A stretch of DNA of 45,439 bases. Origin: a virus (lineage: Duplodnaviria; Heunggongvirae; Uroviricota; Caudoviricetes). A model generated the notes under the pieces. The model saw only the letters and a program-made list of their open reading frames with translations, ran no database searches and had not been told where the DNA came from. The stretch lies in the IMG/VR virus record IMGVR_UViG_2541047931_000012; one strand, written 5' to 3'. A program made the position numbers and the translations under genes. Shown here one piece after another: positions 10,587-20,460 of the stretch; the stretch's first letter is position 1, and each line of letters begins with the position of its first letter.

Positions 10587-10962
10587 GCTCAGCCGTTCCG
10601 TGCTGTATCATGGCTGTCGCCAGTGGTGATGGCACCATAACACGCATGCCCCGGTACGTCAGTTCAACGGGACGGCCTGTCTCCGGGCAATACCCCATCA
10701 CATGCAGGCATTTCCGCACACGGACCGCTTTAACATCATCCGTAGCATCAGTGTTGTGCAACTGCTCACCATCGTCTGTGTGATTTTGATCAGCCCCGCT
10801 CTCATCAGAGTGCATAATGCCCTCCGGGGAAACAGCAAGCTCCTCTTCCCACTCAGACACACGTTGAGCAATATCCGCAGCACTCCCCGACATATCCGCC
10901 TCGCGCCCCAGCAGGCCAGCCAGTTGACGAAGACGATTCAGATTTTCTTCTTTTGTTGCCAT
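10579..10962 (-). CDS. FI: DNA packaging protein FI
   Basis: ORF in the lambda FI position; the likely start is the internal Met (MATKEENLNRLRQLAG...) rather than the listed upstream start. Confidence 0.7.
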   Translation of the reverse strand: MATKEENLNRLRQLAGLLGREADMSGSAADIAQRVSEWEEELAVSPEGIMHSDESGADQNHTDDGEQLHNTDATDDVKAVRVRKCLHVMGYCPETGRPVELTYRGMRVMVPSPLATAMIQHGTAEHA

Positions 10963-11013
10963 CTCAGCCTCCTGTGAAAAAAGACACGGGGGCATTTCGC
11001 CCCCGCTCACGGA

Positions 11014-12042
11014 TTATTTCACCTGTACCACCACAAACTCATCCGGATCCGGCAGCACCATCAGCGGTGCGGACTGCGTCATGGTGAATTCACGGGCCGG
11101 ATCGCCCACAGTCAGCCAGTGTTTCGGATAACGGGAAGAGGCCACCACACCTTCGGACAACGCCTGCGCATCCTGAATGGCACCATAGCAACGAATGCCC
11201 TCTGCTGCCGTATTCCCCAGCACCAGCATGCCCTCCGGCAGATAACGTTTTTCGGTACCGTCCTCTGCCACATAAGACGTTTTCGCCACCACAATGGCCA
11301 GATCGCCGTAATACCCCTTGAAGGACACCACCGCCCCCAGATCTTTCACTGCCGTTTCGAGTTGTGAATTTGAGCCGCGACGGGTATCCAGTTTTTCGCG
11401 GAACAGCTTAAAGCCATTCAGCAGACGCCAGACCGTACCGTCCATAATGGCGATATTCACAAGGCCGCTGGCCTGATCGCAGTAGAGGTCAATATCATGC
11501 GTCGGATCAAACGTATCACGGTCCTGCTCAGACCATTTTTTACCGTCAGCCTGCTCAATGTTATTTCCTTCAGAGCGCCCGAAATCCACCTCGACAGTAT
11601 CAAACTGATCCCCTTCCATGGTGTATTTGCCATACAGCACGGCATTCACCGCCTGCATTTCTTCCACCTGGACAATGGCGTGCTCTTCCTGTTTGAGGTT
11701 ATCGGTAATGATACGCAGACGACGGTAGGCCGGGTCGTTCAGCTGAGCCGGATCTTCACCAGGAAGGCGCTCAACCGCCTGCTGGTAATTAAATTCGTGT
11801 TTGGGCTTGACGTAGCCCGGACGTAACACGCGGGTTTCACCACCGCGATGGCGAAGCACTTTTCCTTCAACGATCGGGGAGACATAGGCCGCCACCGGCG
11901 TTTTTCCGGTAATTTTGTCCAGCATCACCTCTTCGGTGTGGAAATTCACCGTACGGCGGAAAAACAGCTCCAGAAACAGCGCACGGAATTTCACTTTTTG
12001 TTCGGTATAACCGAGTAACTGGCGGGTCGTAAACAATCCCAT
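11014..12042 (-). CDS. E: Major capsid protein E
   Basis: 342-aa ORF (lambda E is 341 aa) immediately after D. Confidence 0.9.
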   Translation of the reverse strand: MGLFTTRQLLGYTEQKVKFRALFLELFFRRTVNFHTEEVMLDKITGKTPVAAYVSPIVEGKVLRHRGGETRVLRPGYVKPKHEFNYQQAVERLPGEDPAQLNDPAYRRLRIITDNLKQEEHAIVQVEEMQAVNAVLYGKYTMEGDQFDTVEVDFGRSEGNNIEQADGKKWSEQDRDTFDPTHDIDLYCDQASGLVNIAIMDGTVWRLLNGFKLFREKLDTRRGSNSQLETAVKDLGAVVSFKGYYGDLAIVVAKTSYVAEDGTEKRYLPEGMLVLGNTAAEGIRCYGAIQDAQALSEGVVASSRYPKHWLTVGDPAREFTMTQSAPLMVLPDPDEFVVVQVK

Positions 12043-12099
12043 AAATCAGTTCCTTTCATTAAGAAATCAGTCAGGCCAACGCGGTGGCCTGATAACGTG

Positions 12100-12447
12100 T
12101 TACGGCAGCGCCGCGTGACTCAGGGCACTGCCGGTAAAGGCGTTGGCCTTTTTGTGTTCATCCACACTTTCAGGCCAGCGGATTCCCTCCGTCGCAAAGG
12201 TCCCCGACTTGTAATACGTCAGCACCGCCTCTGTGCCTTCAAGCGGCAGTACCAGTATGCCAACCGCACTACCGGCTTTCTGTCCATCCCAGACAACCAG
12301 TTTCCCGCTGGCTTCATCCAGCATCAGGGGCGTCAGTGCCGGTGTTGCCTGAGAAATCCCGCTGCTGCCTGTGGCGGTATGAGCCGGATCATTACCGGCA
12401 AAAATACGTACTTCTGCACGTTGTTCAGTGATGGTTTTCGTTACCAT
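12100..12447 (-). CDS. D: Head decoration protein D
   Basis: 115-aa ORF with NDPAHTATGS...TPLMLD...KLVVWDG...YKSGTF motifs, matching lambda gpD from memory. Confidence 0.85.
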   Translation of the reverse strand: MVTKTITEQRAEVRIFAGNDPAHTATGSSGISQATPALTPLMLDEASGKLVVWDGQKAGSAVGILVLPLEGTEAVLTYYKSGTFATEGIRWPESVDEHKKANAFTGSALSHAALP

Positions 12448-12483
12448 ATTGTAAAAACCTCATATTGATGGTCAGCACTGACT

Positions 12484-13989
12484 TCATGGCATGGCCATGA
12501 GCATTTTCACGTCCGCATCACCGTCTGCTGACGTCTGTGACACGCCACCCCGCACCGCTGCCGGTGAATGATTCGCCATGAAATGTTCAAACAGGGCGGT
12601 TGTGGATGCAGAGACCGGTTCTGCTTTATCCGGCGATGAGGACAGAATGTCGCGGGCAGCCTCCACCGTCATTCCGGGAAACGCCGCCAGTTTTTCAGCC
12701 TGCGCCTCAGCCCCTTTTGCCTCATCCAGAGCCATAATCTGATCACGGAGTGAGGGTCCGGCATCCGCCAGTGGTGCAGCCGCAAGGATCGGGCGGGCTT
12801 TTTCCACCGTCATCTCCGGCATCGCCGCCAGCGTTGCCGCCAGTTGTTCACGACCTTTAGCCTCTTCACACGCCATAATGCGATCGGCTTCACTCTGCGT
12901 GGATGCCACCGGCTGCTGTGGTGCTGCCGCGGTCAGAATCGCCCGGGCCTGTTCAACGCTCATGCCCTGTTGTCCTGCCAGCATCGTGGCAAGGTGTTCA
13001 CGTCCTTTCGCTTCCTGACACGTCAGGATCCCCATCACTCGCTGGTTCTCCTGCGCGGCAGCTTCCGTTGCAGTTAATTGCGGCATAGTGCCTCCTGTAT
13101 CATGTGTGTTCAGCGCCGCAGCCATCACGCTGATGGCATCCGACGCATTGATTAATTCATCCGCCAGCCCGGCCTCAATGCCGGACTGACCTTCAAAAAC
13201 GGCGGCCTCTGTTCCCGTGACTGCATCAACAGACAGACCGGTATACATCGCCACTTTTTCGGCAAACATCCGGCGCGCCGCATCAATCCGCTGCTGCATG
13301 TCCTGGCGAATCTCTTCCGGCAACGCTTCAAACTGATTGCCATCCACCTTGTGCGCCCCTGAGTAAATCAGCGTGATATCCACACCGGCCTGCGCCAGAT
13401 GACCGGCATAGCTGACATGGCTCATCATCACGCCAATGGAGCCGATACGGGATGTCTGGGTAACCAGCCGTCGGGAGCAGGCCGACGCCAGCAGCATGGC
13501 TGCAGAACAGGCCGTGTCATTGCACAGTGCCCAGACCGGCTTCTGCTGACGGAGGCGGTAAATCATGTCAGCACAGTCAAACGCACCGGCGGCCTGCCCG
13601 CCCGGACTGTCAATGTCCAGCAGTACACCCCGCACCTGGCTATCCGCCATTGCCTGCTGAAGACAGGCGACAATGCCGTCATAGCCTGTCATTCCGGAAA
13701 ATGGCCGCATACCCCCCAGCCGGTGCACCAGCGTGCCTGTCACCGGCAGTACAGCAATACCGTTCACCACCCGGTAAACACGGGCCGGTCGTTTACCTCC
13801 GGCCATGTACTCGTCCGTTTCAGCCAGCATTCCGGGTGCATCAAGCTGTACCTGCTGTTGTGGTACCGAAAGACTTGCTGCCCCCATCTCGCGCCCGAGC
13901 GCGCAAAAGAAAACCCGCGCATAGGCGGGCTCCAGAAGCAGCGGTTCATTGAATGCTGCTGCAATAATGTGTGAAAGATTACGTCTCAC
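12484..13989 (-). CDS. C: Head maturation protease C (S49/ClpP-like) with a nested scaffold (Nu3-like) C-terminal region
   Basis: 501-aa ORF in the lambda C position; the N-terminal half is peptidase-like and the C-terminal part carries three tandem ~45-aa EAKGRE-type repeats. Confidence 0.8.
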   Translation of the reverse strand: MRRNLSHIIAAAFNEPLLLEPAYARVFFCALGREMGAASLSVPQQQVQLDAPGMLAETDEYMAGGKRPARVYRVVNGIAVLPVTGTLVHRLGGMRPFSGMTGYDGIVACLQQAMADSQVRGVLLDIDSPGGQAAGAFDCADMIYRLRQQKPVWALCNDTACSAAMLLASACSRRLVTQTSRIGSIGVMMSHVSYAGHLAQAGVDITLIYSGAHKVDGNQFEALPEEIRQDMQQRIDAARRMFAEKVAMYTGLSVDAVTGTEAAVFEGQSGIEAGLADELINASDAISVMAAALNTHDTGGTMPQLTATEAAAQENQRVMGILTCQEAKGREHLATMLAGQQGMSVEQARAILTAAAPQQPVASTQSEADRIMACEEAKGREQLAATLAAMPEMTVEKARPILAAAPLADAGPSLRDQIMALDEAKGAEAQAEKLAAFPGMTVEAARDILSSSPDKAEPVSASTTALFEHFMANHSPAAVRGGVSQTSADGDADVKMLMAMP

Positions 13990-15571
13990 GTGGTGTTGTC
14001 TCCTCTTCCGGCCTGCGACTCTCCGCTATCTGCTGCTGATACGCCTGCGCTATCCACACCGGACGTGAGAGTCCGGCTTTTTCCCGCTCTGCAGATTCCC
14101 TGACCTGCTGGCGGAAAATGTCCTGATAATCCTCGCCCATCAGCGCCAGCTCTTTCTCATACGTGCTCAGTCCGGCCTCAATGCGCATCACTGATTCCTG
14201 AACCTCCTTGAGCCCGTCAATGGCCATTCTTCCGGCTCCAATCCACTCAGCCCGTGACCAGGCTGATCGCGCCTGATAAAAATCAAAACGTGCCCGTGGC
14301 GGACGAATAATCCCCCGAAGAAGTGCCTCTTCCAGCCAGCAGGAAAACATCTGCGTGGCCAGTCGGGACGCAATAAATTTTCGCCGCCCCATAAAATAGC
14401 GCCACGACTCATTGGCGGATGCGCGGGCACTTGAATAACTGACCTTCGAGTAATCACGGGACAACTGTTCGTAGGAAACGCCAAGACCGGCGGCGATATA
14501 CCGCAGCAGCGCCTGTTCAAGCGCCGAAAATCCATTGTCTGAATCCTGCGCGGTCTGAAGTTTCAGATCATCACCGGGGAAAAGGTGCGGAATTTTGACA
14601 CCGCCCAGCGTCACGCTATTCGTGTCATACCAGGTGGAGAACTTATCCAGAATATTAATAAGCGGATTATCCTTCTGCCCCTGCGGCGCACCGGCGATAT
14701 ATTCAAAGGCCTTTTCGGTATCAAGGTCACTTTCAATCGTCGCTGCATACATCGCCTTCACTATGGCCGACTGAAGCTGTGTTGCCTGCAGGGAGTCCAG
14801 CATCTTCAGCCGTTCCATAACGCTGTAAAACTGATTGGCTCCACGGGTCTGCCCGTCCTCCACCGGCTCGAAAATATGCAGCATGGCCGGACGCCCGGTG
14901 GGAAGTTCACGCGGGATCCGTTCCCATCGTCCACTCCCGGAGCGAGGAAAATCATCCTCACAGATATGGTACGCAACGGCACGGCCATATCGATCAACCT
15001 CCACACCGGCCCGCAGAAAACGGTTCCCGATACCGTGTCCTGGCGTGTCCACCCGTTTCGGACTCACGGCTTTAAAACGCGTACGAAACAGTTGCGTGCT
15101 CTCCGTATCCCAGACCGGCTGCACAAAGATTTCGCCGTTAAACGCATGAACGCCCACACCTTCACGGATAAATTCCGTAAACGTGCGTTTCCCTTCCACG
15201 TCGATCTCACCAAACATCCCTTCTGCGTATTCTGACCAGGCCGCCTCCACCTCATCGACAAAACTTTTTGCCGCGGTCTCCCGCATCCCCAGCCAGCGCC
15301 AGTTCGGACGGTAGCTGATCAGAAACATATGCCCGACAATGTGATCCTTATGCAGGGCCACCGCATTGGCCGCTATTCCGTTATTGCGCACCAGATCATC
15401 TGCACGGGCATTCCCCAGACGCAACGCGGGCAGCAGGGCCGCATCGGCACTCTGCGAGGGTGGCAACCACTCTGCCATTTGCCCGCCAAATCCTGCACCG
15501 CCACCGTTGTAGCTGAGGCTCTCCCGAAGCGGAACGCCGTTCACATCAATCAGGACAGGCGTTCGTTTCAT
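13979..15571 (-). CDS. B: Portal protein B
   Basis: 530-aa ORF (lambda B is 533 aa) between W and C. Confidence 0.9.
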   Translation of the reverse strand: MKRTPVLIDVNGVPLRESLSYNGGGAGFGGQMAEWLPPSQSADAALLPALRLGNARADDLVRNNGIAANAVALHKDHIVGHMFLISYRPNWRWLGMRETAAKSFVDEVEAAWSEYAEGMFGEIDVEGKRTFTEFIREGVGVHAFNGEIFVQPVWDTESTQLFRTRFKAVSPKRVDTPGHGIGNRFLRAGVEVDRYGRAVAYHICEDDFPRSGSGRWERIPRELPTGRPAMLHIFEPVEDGQTRGANQFYSVMERLKMLDSLQATQLQSAIVKAMYAATIESDLDTEKAFEYIAGAPQGQKDNPLINILDKFSTWYDTNSVTLGGVKIPHLFPGDDLKLQTAQDSDNGFSALEQALLRYIAAGLGVSYEQLSRDYSKVSYSSARASANESWRYFMGRRKFIASRLATQMFSCWLEEALLRGIIRPPRARFDFYQARSAWSRAEWIGAGRMAIDGLKEVQESVMRIEAGLSTYEKELALMGEDYQDIFRQQVRESAEREKAGLSRPVWIAQAYQQQIAESRRPEEETTPRET

Positions 15572-15774
15572 AACCTCACTCCCAGCGGACGACGGCGACG
15601 GCGGGTTGTCCCCAGTACCGACTCCGCATCATTGATCGCCCGGTTAAGCTCATCCAGAGAAGCTGCCGTATATTCAATTCTGCGACCATCTTTCTGGACA
15701 GACACCACCCGTTTACCGGTTAATAAATCAAGGCGCGCCTGACGCAGCGCCTGCAGTTCAGCGACTGTAACCAT
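15568..15774 (-). CDS. W: Head-tail joining protein W
   Basis: 68-aa ORF with ...LTGKRVVSVQKDGRRIEYTAASL..., matching lambda gpW from memory. Confidence 0.85.
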   Translation of the reverse strand: MVTVAELQALRQARLDLLTGKRVVSVQKDGRRIEYTAASLDELNRAINDAESVLGTTRRRRRPLGVRL

Positions 15775-17686
15775 TCACTCCTCCGGACAGCTTCGCTGCC
15801 AGTTCTTTAAGGGTTGGCCGGGTCGTCTCTTCTTCCCGGGATTTTGCCAGTACAGCCAGATCAAGCTGCCAGCGTTGCACGGACACACGTAATGCCGCGT
15901 AGGCATACACCAGGCAGTCCAGCGCTTCGTTACGCCGCTTTTTGTTATCCCACAGCAGACGCATCTTTCCTTTTTCCCACTTCTCCACAAGCTCTTCCGC
16001 CACCAGTTGCTGCGCCTCTGTCTGCGAAAAAATCTCCGGATCATCAGGAAAACGGATGGCATACGACGTGGCTTCATCCGCAGGCGTGGGATCGGCTTTC
16101 ATACGGGCATAGAGAATTTCTTTTGCGGTGTCCGTCCCCACTTCGCACAGATACACGCCCCGCTGATTGCGGGTTTTTGGCATGGTGATCACCGGCTTGC
16201 CATAAACAGATGCACCTTTTACCGGCAGCACCCGGAAAACACCGTGTTTTTTTGACCTCTGATAGACAATTTCGCCATCGATCCCCCCGGTGTCCCAGCA
16301 GACACGGGAAATGGTCATTTCGGTTCCGTCTGCATGGCGGTATTTTTTGTTGATCGCCACATCCACACGTAACAGCGTCTCTTCCTCATCGGGACGCCCC
16401 ATAATGATGATTTTATCCACCAGAAAGGCTTCCTCTCCCGGAGCCCATCCCCAGACATACATCTCAAAACGGTTTCGCTGCGAGTCAATGCCCGCCGTCA
16501 GATAAACCACCCGGGAAGGCACCGCAGCCGTGTAACGCACAACCTTATCCATCAGCACCTGGTGATCGAGTTTTTCGCCCACGGCCTCTTCCCAGGTCTC
16601 GCCCAGCGTGGTGTTCACAAAGGTTTTCAGGCCGTTGGGATCTTTCAGTGCATCCAGCCAGTCATAGACAATCTGTACCCAGGTGGTGAACGGACTGTAC
16701 GCCGTCCAGATATGGAATGTGATGGAGCGCGGCGGCGGAATTTCATTATCCGCGGCGCTGAAAAACGTCAGACCGTCGCGGGTCCACATCCCCGTGTTTT
16801 CACAGATCCACCGCCCGTTGCTCTGGTCAAGCTCAGACTGATGGATCACGCAGCCATGATGTTCACAGAGGTAGAAAACGCTTTCGGGGCTGTCCTTCTC
16901 CCATTTAAGGCCAAAAGGCGTGGACTCATCGCCAAATTTCAGATACTGCGCCTCCCCACAGTGCGGGCAGGGCACATAAAAACGCATGAAATGCGCCGAC
17001 TCGTTGGCCGCTTTTTCGATCTGGCAGGTGCCTTTGATTTTAGGCGTCGAGCCGCGAATGGATTTGGGCCATACAGAGCCCTCAATACGTTTATCCCCAA
17101 GCAGGGTTGGCGAACCCTCTTTTTCGACATCCGGTTCGAACGAGGAAAGTTCGTCATAGCAGACCACGTCCACGGATTTTTCACGGTAGTTTTTGGCGGC
17201 AGCGCCGCCCAGGCACCAGAAGCCCACACCCGATGAAAAGCGTTTCAGCGTGAGAGTATTGTCACGATGTTTACGCCCCAGCCATGGAGAAAGGTCTTTC
17301 AGACATGGCACATCCCGAATCGTCGCCTCCACGTGAGACTTCATAAAATCTTCAGCGGCAGAATCCGTGGGCTGAAAAAGCAGACTGTTTCGGGATTTAT
17401 GCTCAATAAAATACCCGACCACCCCCAGCAACATCTTTGTATAGCCAACACGGGCAGATTTAATCAGATTAACAGTCCGGATCTGATCATTCCCCATGCT
17501 GTTCATGATGGCGATCTGGAACGGCAGCGTTTTCCATTCTCCCTCACCATATGAAGATTCTTTAGGCAGATAATAATTTTGATCAGCCCATTCAACTGGC
17601 GTCACCGGCAATGCCCTTATCAGGGGCTGTAATGCTGTTGTGACAGCACTCATCATATTATTCAGTTGTTGCTCTGATATATTCAT
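15758..17686 (-). CDS. A: Terminase large subunit A
   Basis: Starts MNISEQQLNN... and shares long lambda gpA motifs (GYDELSSF, EGSPTLLGDKRIEGSVWPKSIRGSTPK, FHIWTAYSPFTTWVQIV, WDNKKRRNEALDC) from memory; the listed ORF start at 17743 is probably too far upstream. Confidence 0.9.
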   Translation of the reverse strand: MNISEQQLNNMMSAVTTALQPLIRALPVTPVEWADQNYYLPKESSYGEGEWKTLPFQIAIMNSMGNDQIRTVNLIKSARVGYTKMLLGVVGYFIEHKSRNSLLFQPTDSAAEDFMKSHVEATIRDVPCLKDLSPWLGRKHRDNTLTLKRFSSGVGFWCLGGAAAKNYREKSVDVVCYDELSSFEPDVEKEGSPTLLGDKRIEGSVWPKSIRGSTPKIKGTCQIEKAANESAHFMRFYVPCPHCGEAQYLKFGDESTPFGLKWEKDSPESVFYLCEHHGCVIHQSELDQSNGRWICENTGMWTRDGLTFFSAADNEIPPPRSITFHIWTAYSPFTTWVQIVYDWLDALKDPNGLKTFVNTTLGETWEEAVGEKLDHQVLMDKVVRYTAAVPSRVVYLTAGIDSQRNRFEMYVWGWAPGEEAFLVDKIIIMGRPDEEETLLRVDVAINKKYRHADGTEMTISRVCWDTGGIDGEIVYQRSKKHGVFRVLPVKGASVYGKPVITMPKTRNQRGVYLCEVGTDTAKEILYARMKADPTPADEATSYAIRFPDDPEIFSQTEAQQLVAEELVEKWEKGKMRLLWDNKKRRNEALDCLVYAYAALRVSVQRWQLDLAVLAKSREEETTRPTLKELAAKLSGGVNGYSR

Positions 17687-18167
17687 CGAGTAAATCCGGT
17701 AATTTATCCCCCGCCCGCGCACACTGATTTGCCCCCTTCGCAATAAGGGTTTTCAGATGGTCAAGATGGCGCGGTGTTAAATCAGGAAACTGTCGCTGCA
17801 TGGATAAAGGGATGGAATCAAGCGTACTGGATAACGCCATTGCCAGCTTGCTGAGGGCAAAAATACAGAACCCGGTGTCAATAAGTTTTCCTTTTGACAC
17901 CTCATTTTTTAACTGCTGTGTAACAGCCTGTTCTGCTGTCAGTTCCCATCTGGCAATAAGCAATTTCTCCTCATAGTCGTCTTCGCTATCGCCATCAGGC
18001 ACATCGTTTTTACTTCTTCTCAGATACGATATGTAAAAATCGCGCCAGGCATCCAGATCCAGTTGCCCTCGCTTATTCGATATCGGGGCACCCGGCAATT
18101 TCTGCAATCTGCGAAGCTGGCGATCGGTCAGACTTAAATGCCTGGCAACTTCAGTCTGCGTAGCCAC
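17658..18167 (-). CDS. Nu1: Terminase small subunit (Nu1-like) with an N-terminal HTH that differs from lambda Nu1
   Basis: 169-aa ORF directly upstream of and overlapping A, next to cos; its N-terminus (MATQTEVARHLSLTDRQLRRL...) differs from lambda Nu1 as I recall it. Confidence 0.75.
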   Translation of the reverse strand: MATQTEVARHLSLTDRQLRRLQKLPGAPISNKRGQLDLDAWRDFYISYLRRSKNDVPDGDSEDDYEEKLLIARWELTAEQAVTQQLKNEVSKGKLIDTGFCIFALSKLAMALSSTLDSIPLSMQRQFPDLTPRHLDHLKTLIAKGANQCARAGDKLPDLLDEYIRATTE

Positions 18168-18208
18168 TCCTCACCTCGCAAAAAACTCTCACCTCACAAT
18201 CACAACAA

Positions 18209-18315
18209 AACCGGTCATGTCCGGTTTTAGTGTCTATTTTTTGCGCATGTCCGGTTCATGGAAAGCATGTTTTTATATTTTTCATATGGTTAACTTGCAG
18301 AGAAACCGGACATGG
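18209..18315. repeat. cosB-like region with three copies of CATGTCCGG (two direct, one inverted), candidate terminase small-subunit binding sites
   Basis: catgtccgg at 18216-18224 and 18246-18254, and ccggacatg at 18306-18314, lying between Nu1 and cosN. Confidence 0.5.
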
Positions 18316-18339
18316 ATCCCGGAAAATTTTCATAAATAG

Positions 18340-18366
18340 TGAAAATCCGCGAGGTCGCCGCCCCGT
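18340..18366. other. cosN: lambda-type cohesive-end site (12-nt overhang GGGCGGCGACCT on the minus strand)
   Basis: The reverse complement of 18317-18364 reads GGGGCGGCGACCTCGCGGATTTTCACTATTTATGAAAATTTTCCGGG, close to the lambda left end as I recall it; aggtcgccgccc lies at 18352-18363. Confidence 0.7.
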
Positions 18367-18570
18367 AACCGGTCGGATCGCCGGAAAGGACCCACGAAAA
18401 TGATAATGATTATCATCTATATAAGGTTTATCACAACATGTGTGTACGCCATCAAACCACGAGAAATAATCAATTATGACGCAGGTATCGTATTAATTGA
18501 TCTGCATCAAATTAACGTAAAAGCAACTTCAGATAATACAAATCAGCAACACTGAATATGGGGAAACATT

Positions 18571-18756
18571 ATGTCATCAAAGAACAGAACCCGCAGAACA
18601 ACAACCCGCAACATCCGATTTCCAAACCAGATGATTGAACAAATTAACATCGCTCTTGATCTGAAAGGTTCAGGAAACTTTTCAGCGTGGGTTATTGAAG
18701 CCTGCAGAAGAAGGCTGTCAACAGAGAGTTCGGGTATGAATTACATAATTAAGTAA
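18571..18756 (+). CDS. Small ribbon-helix-helix-like protein, YlcI-like, homologous to the lambda right-end ORF
   Basis: 61-aa ORF with RTRRTTTRNIRFPNQMIEQINIALDLKGSGNFSAWVIEACRRRL; same position as the last rightward ORF before cos in lambda. Confidence 0.55.
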   Translation: MSSKNRTRRTTTRNIRFPNQMIEQINIALDLKGSGNFSAWVIEACRRRLSTESSGMNYIIK

Positions 18757-18888
18757 CATGGTGTTCACAGAACACGCAGTTACCGGACACATCAGTTTTC
18801 CATTCGCTCCCCGGCAGTACAGGCTTCCCCTCTGACGGGATAGCCTGAAAAAATAACACAGAAAATTATTTGTTATAATTAATATAAC

Positions 18889-19029
18889 TTACTCAAAAAA
18901 AAGCGACGAGAAAATCAGCATCAACGAACAATAAGCGCCAATACGTGATAACAAATGGCAGCCATATTTATCTGCAGTATAAGCAATGGACAGGATAACC
19001 ACACCAGAAACCGTCAGCATAAAATCCAT
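18889..19029 (-). CDS. Candidate small hydrophobic ORF (46 aa) in an AT-rich ORF-poor spacer
   Basis: The minus strand encodes MDFMLTVSGVVILSIAYTADKYGCHLLSRIGAYCSLMLIFSSLFFE; no convincing RBS and no recognised family. Confidence 0.2.
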   Translation of the reverse strand: MDFMLTVSGVVILSIAYTADKYGCHLLSRIGAYCSLMLIFSSLFFE

Positions 19030-19737
19030 TTGAACTTCCCCGGACAAAATCGACTCATCTAAAGATTTACAGCTCTTTTTATTATCAATATGTTAAAAGT
19101 AAAATAAACAGATGTTCAATAACACGAATACAAAAACGTGCTGAAATTCAATGAATCCATTTCTGTGTCATCAATTAATAGTGATAAACATCCGGTTTCT
19201 TCCACCATCGCACCGGACAGGCGACTATGAGGGGACAACGCCGCGCTCCGTTAACGCGGTAAACCCCGGTGTGTATCGTTTTTGATTATCCCCGCACACT
19301 CGCGCAGAGGAGTCTCCCTGTCGGGCTGCGGTCTCTGTTAATGCAGGAATACGGCGACGATACAGCGCATGATGTGTCAGGCTTGAATACCTTTATCCTT
19401 TAAAAGGGATATCAGTTAAGTTATCCCGTGTAGGGTATAAGCCATTGTCGAGACCACTCATTGAATGGCCTCTGCAATAACCGATGTCTTTCCATCAGTC
19501 CGCCACCACAAAGAATCTTTTTTGCCTTAAGGCAGGAGCTTCATCTTTCAGTGGCTGCCAGTGTTATTTCCCCACTTACTGGCTTGGGTTGTTTCGTGGT
19601 ACTGCCGTAACTGGTTGCCAAGAATAAATTCCGGTTTCATTATCAAGCCCACCCGTAGATGGGCTTTGTAATGGATAGCCGTTGCTCAGTTCTCGTAATG
19701 CTTTGATTTTTCCGATAACGCAGTTTTGCGTTTGCCA

Positions 19738-20259
19738 TCAGCACGCGATATCGAGAGTCAACTGCAGTTGCTCGCGCCAGTACTCAACATTTGCTTCAAT
19801 AACCGGCTTATCCCATCGCCAGCGAGCCATCTCTCTTGCCCCATTGCTGGCTTTTGATTTCCGGTCATCGCGAATGCGACATGCTTGCTCATATTTCTGC
19901 TGCTCAGTCAGTTCACCGCGAAGCAGACTATCAATGTGCAGGTCGCACCACACAGCAAAACGAGCATCACACCAACGGGCAAATGCAACTGAAAGTTTTG
20001 GATGTAGCCACGTACCACCACCCCTGTCCTTTCGTGCCTTGCTGGTTTTTACATACCTCGATTGTGAGGGATGTAAAATTTGAGATTCTTTCCCGGTCAA
20101 CGCTTCGTCTAAAGCACGAACGTATTCAAGCGTTTCTGCCAAACGCATCCAGTTATCAATGCGTTTTCCAAATCTCTCAGCAACACCTGTGACGTTGATC
20201 CAACCATCAGTGTTGAAACTGACAATTTCACCTTTGTAATTAAGTGGCACGATATTCAT
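19738..20259 (-). CDS. KilA-N domain DNA-binding protein
   Basis: 173-aa ORF whose N-terminus (MNIVPLNYKGEIVSFNTDGWINVTGVAERFGKRIDNWMRL) resembles KilA-N. Confidence 0.55.
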   Translation of the reverse strand: MNIVPLNYKGEIVSFNTDGWINVTGVAERFGKRIDNWMRLAETLEYVRALDEALTGKESQILHPSQSRYVKTSKARKDRGGGTWLHPKLSVAFARWCDARFAVWCDLHIDSLLRGELTEQQKYEQACRIRDDRKSKASNGAREMARWRWDKPVIEANVEYWREQLQLTLDIAC

Positions 20260-20460
20260 AACGTTTACCTACCATTTGAAATGAACCTTTGCCGCATAGG
20301 AAACCAGCCCACCGAGGCTCGCCAGCACTAACTGGTATCCTCAAAGGCCCATTCCAAAGGGGCAGGTTCGGTGTAAAAAACATGCGTTGCGGTACGCATT
20401 TATTGCAAAAAGCCCCGCATCGCGAGGCTCATTAAATTGACTTTGTGATTTGCAAAAAAA

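Noticed and set aside
14585-17236. Plus-strand ORFs 14585-15235 and 16562-17236
   Set aside because: Antisense to the portal and large-terminase genes, which have strong lambda similarity; shadow ORFs.
19682-20083. 133-aa plus-strand ORF
   Set aside because: Antisense to the KilA-N gene, which has a recognisable domain; shadow ORF.
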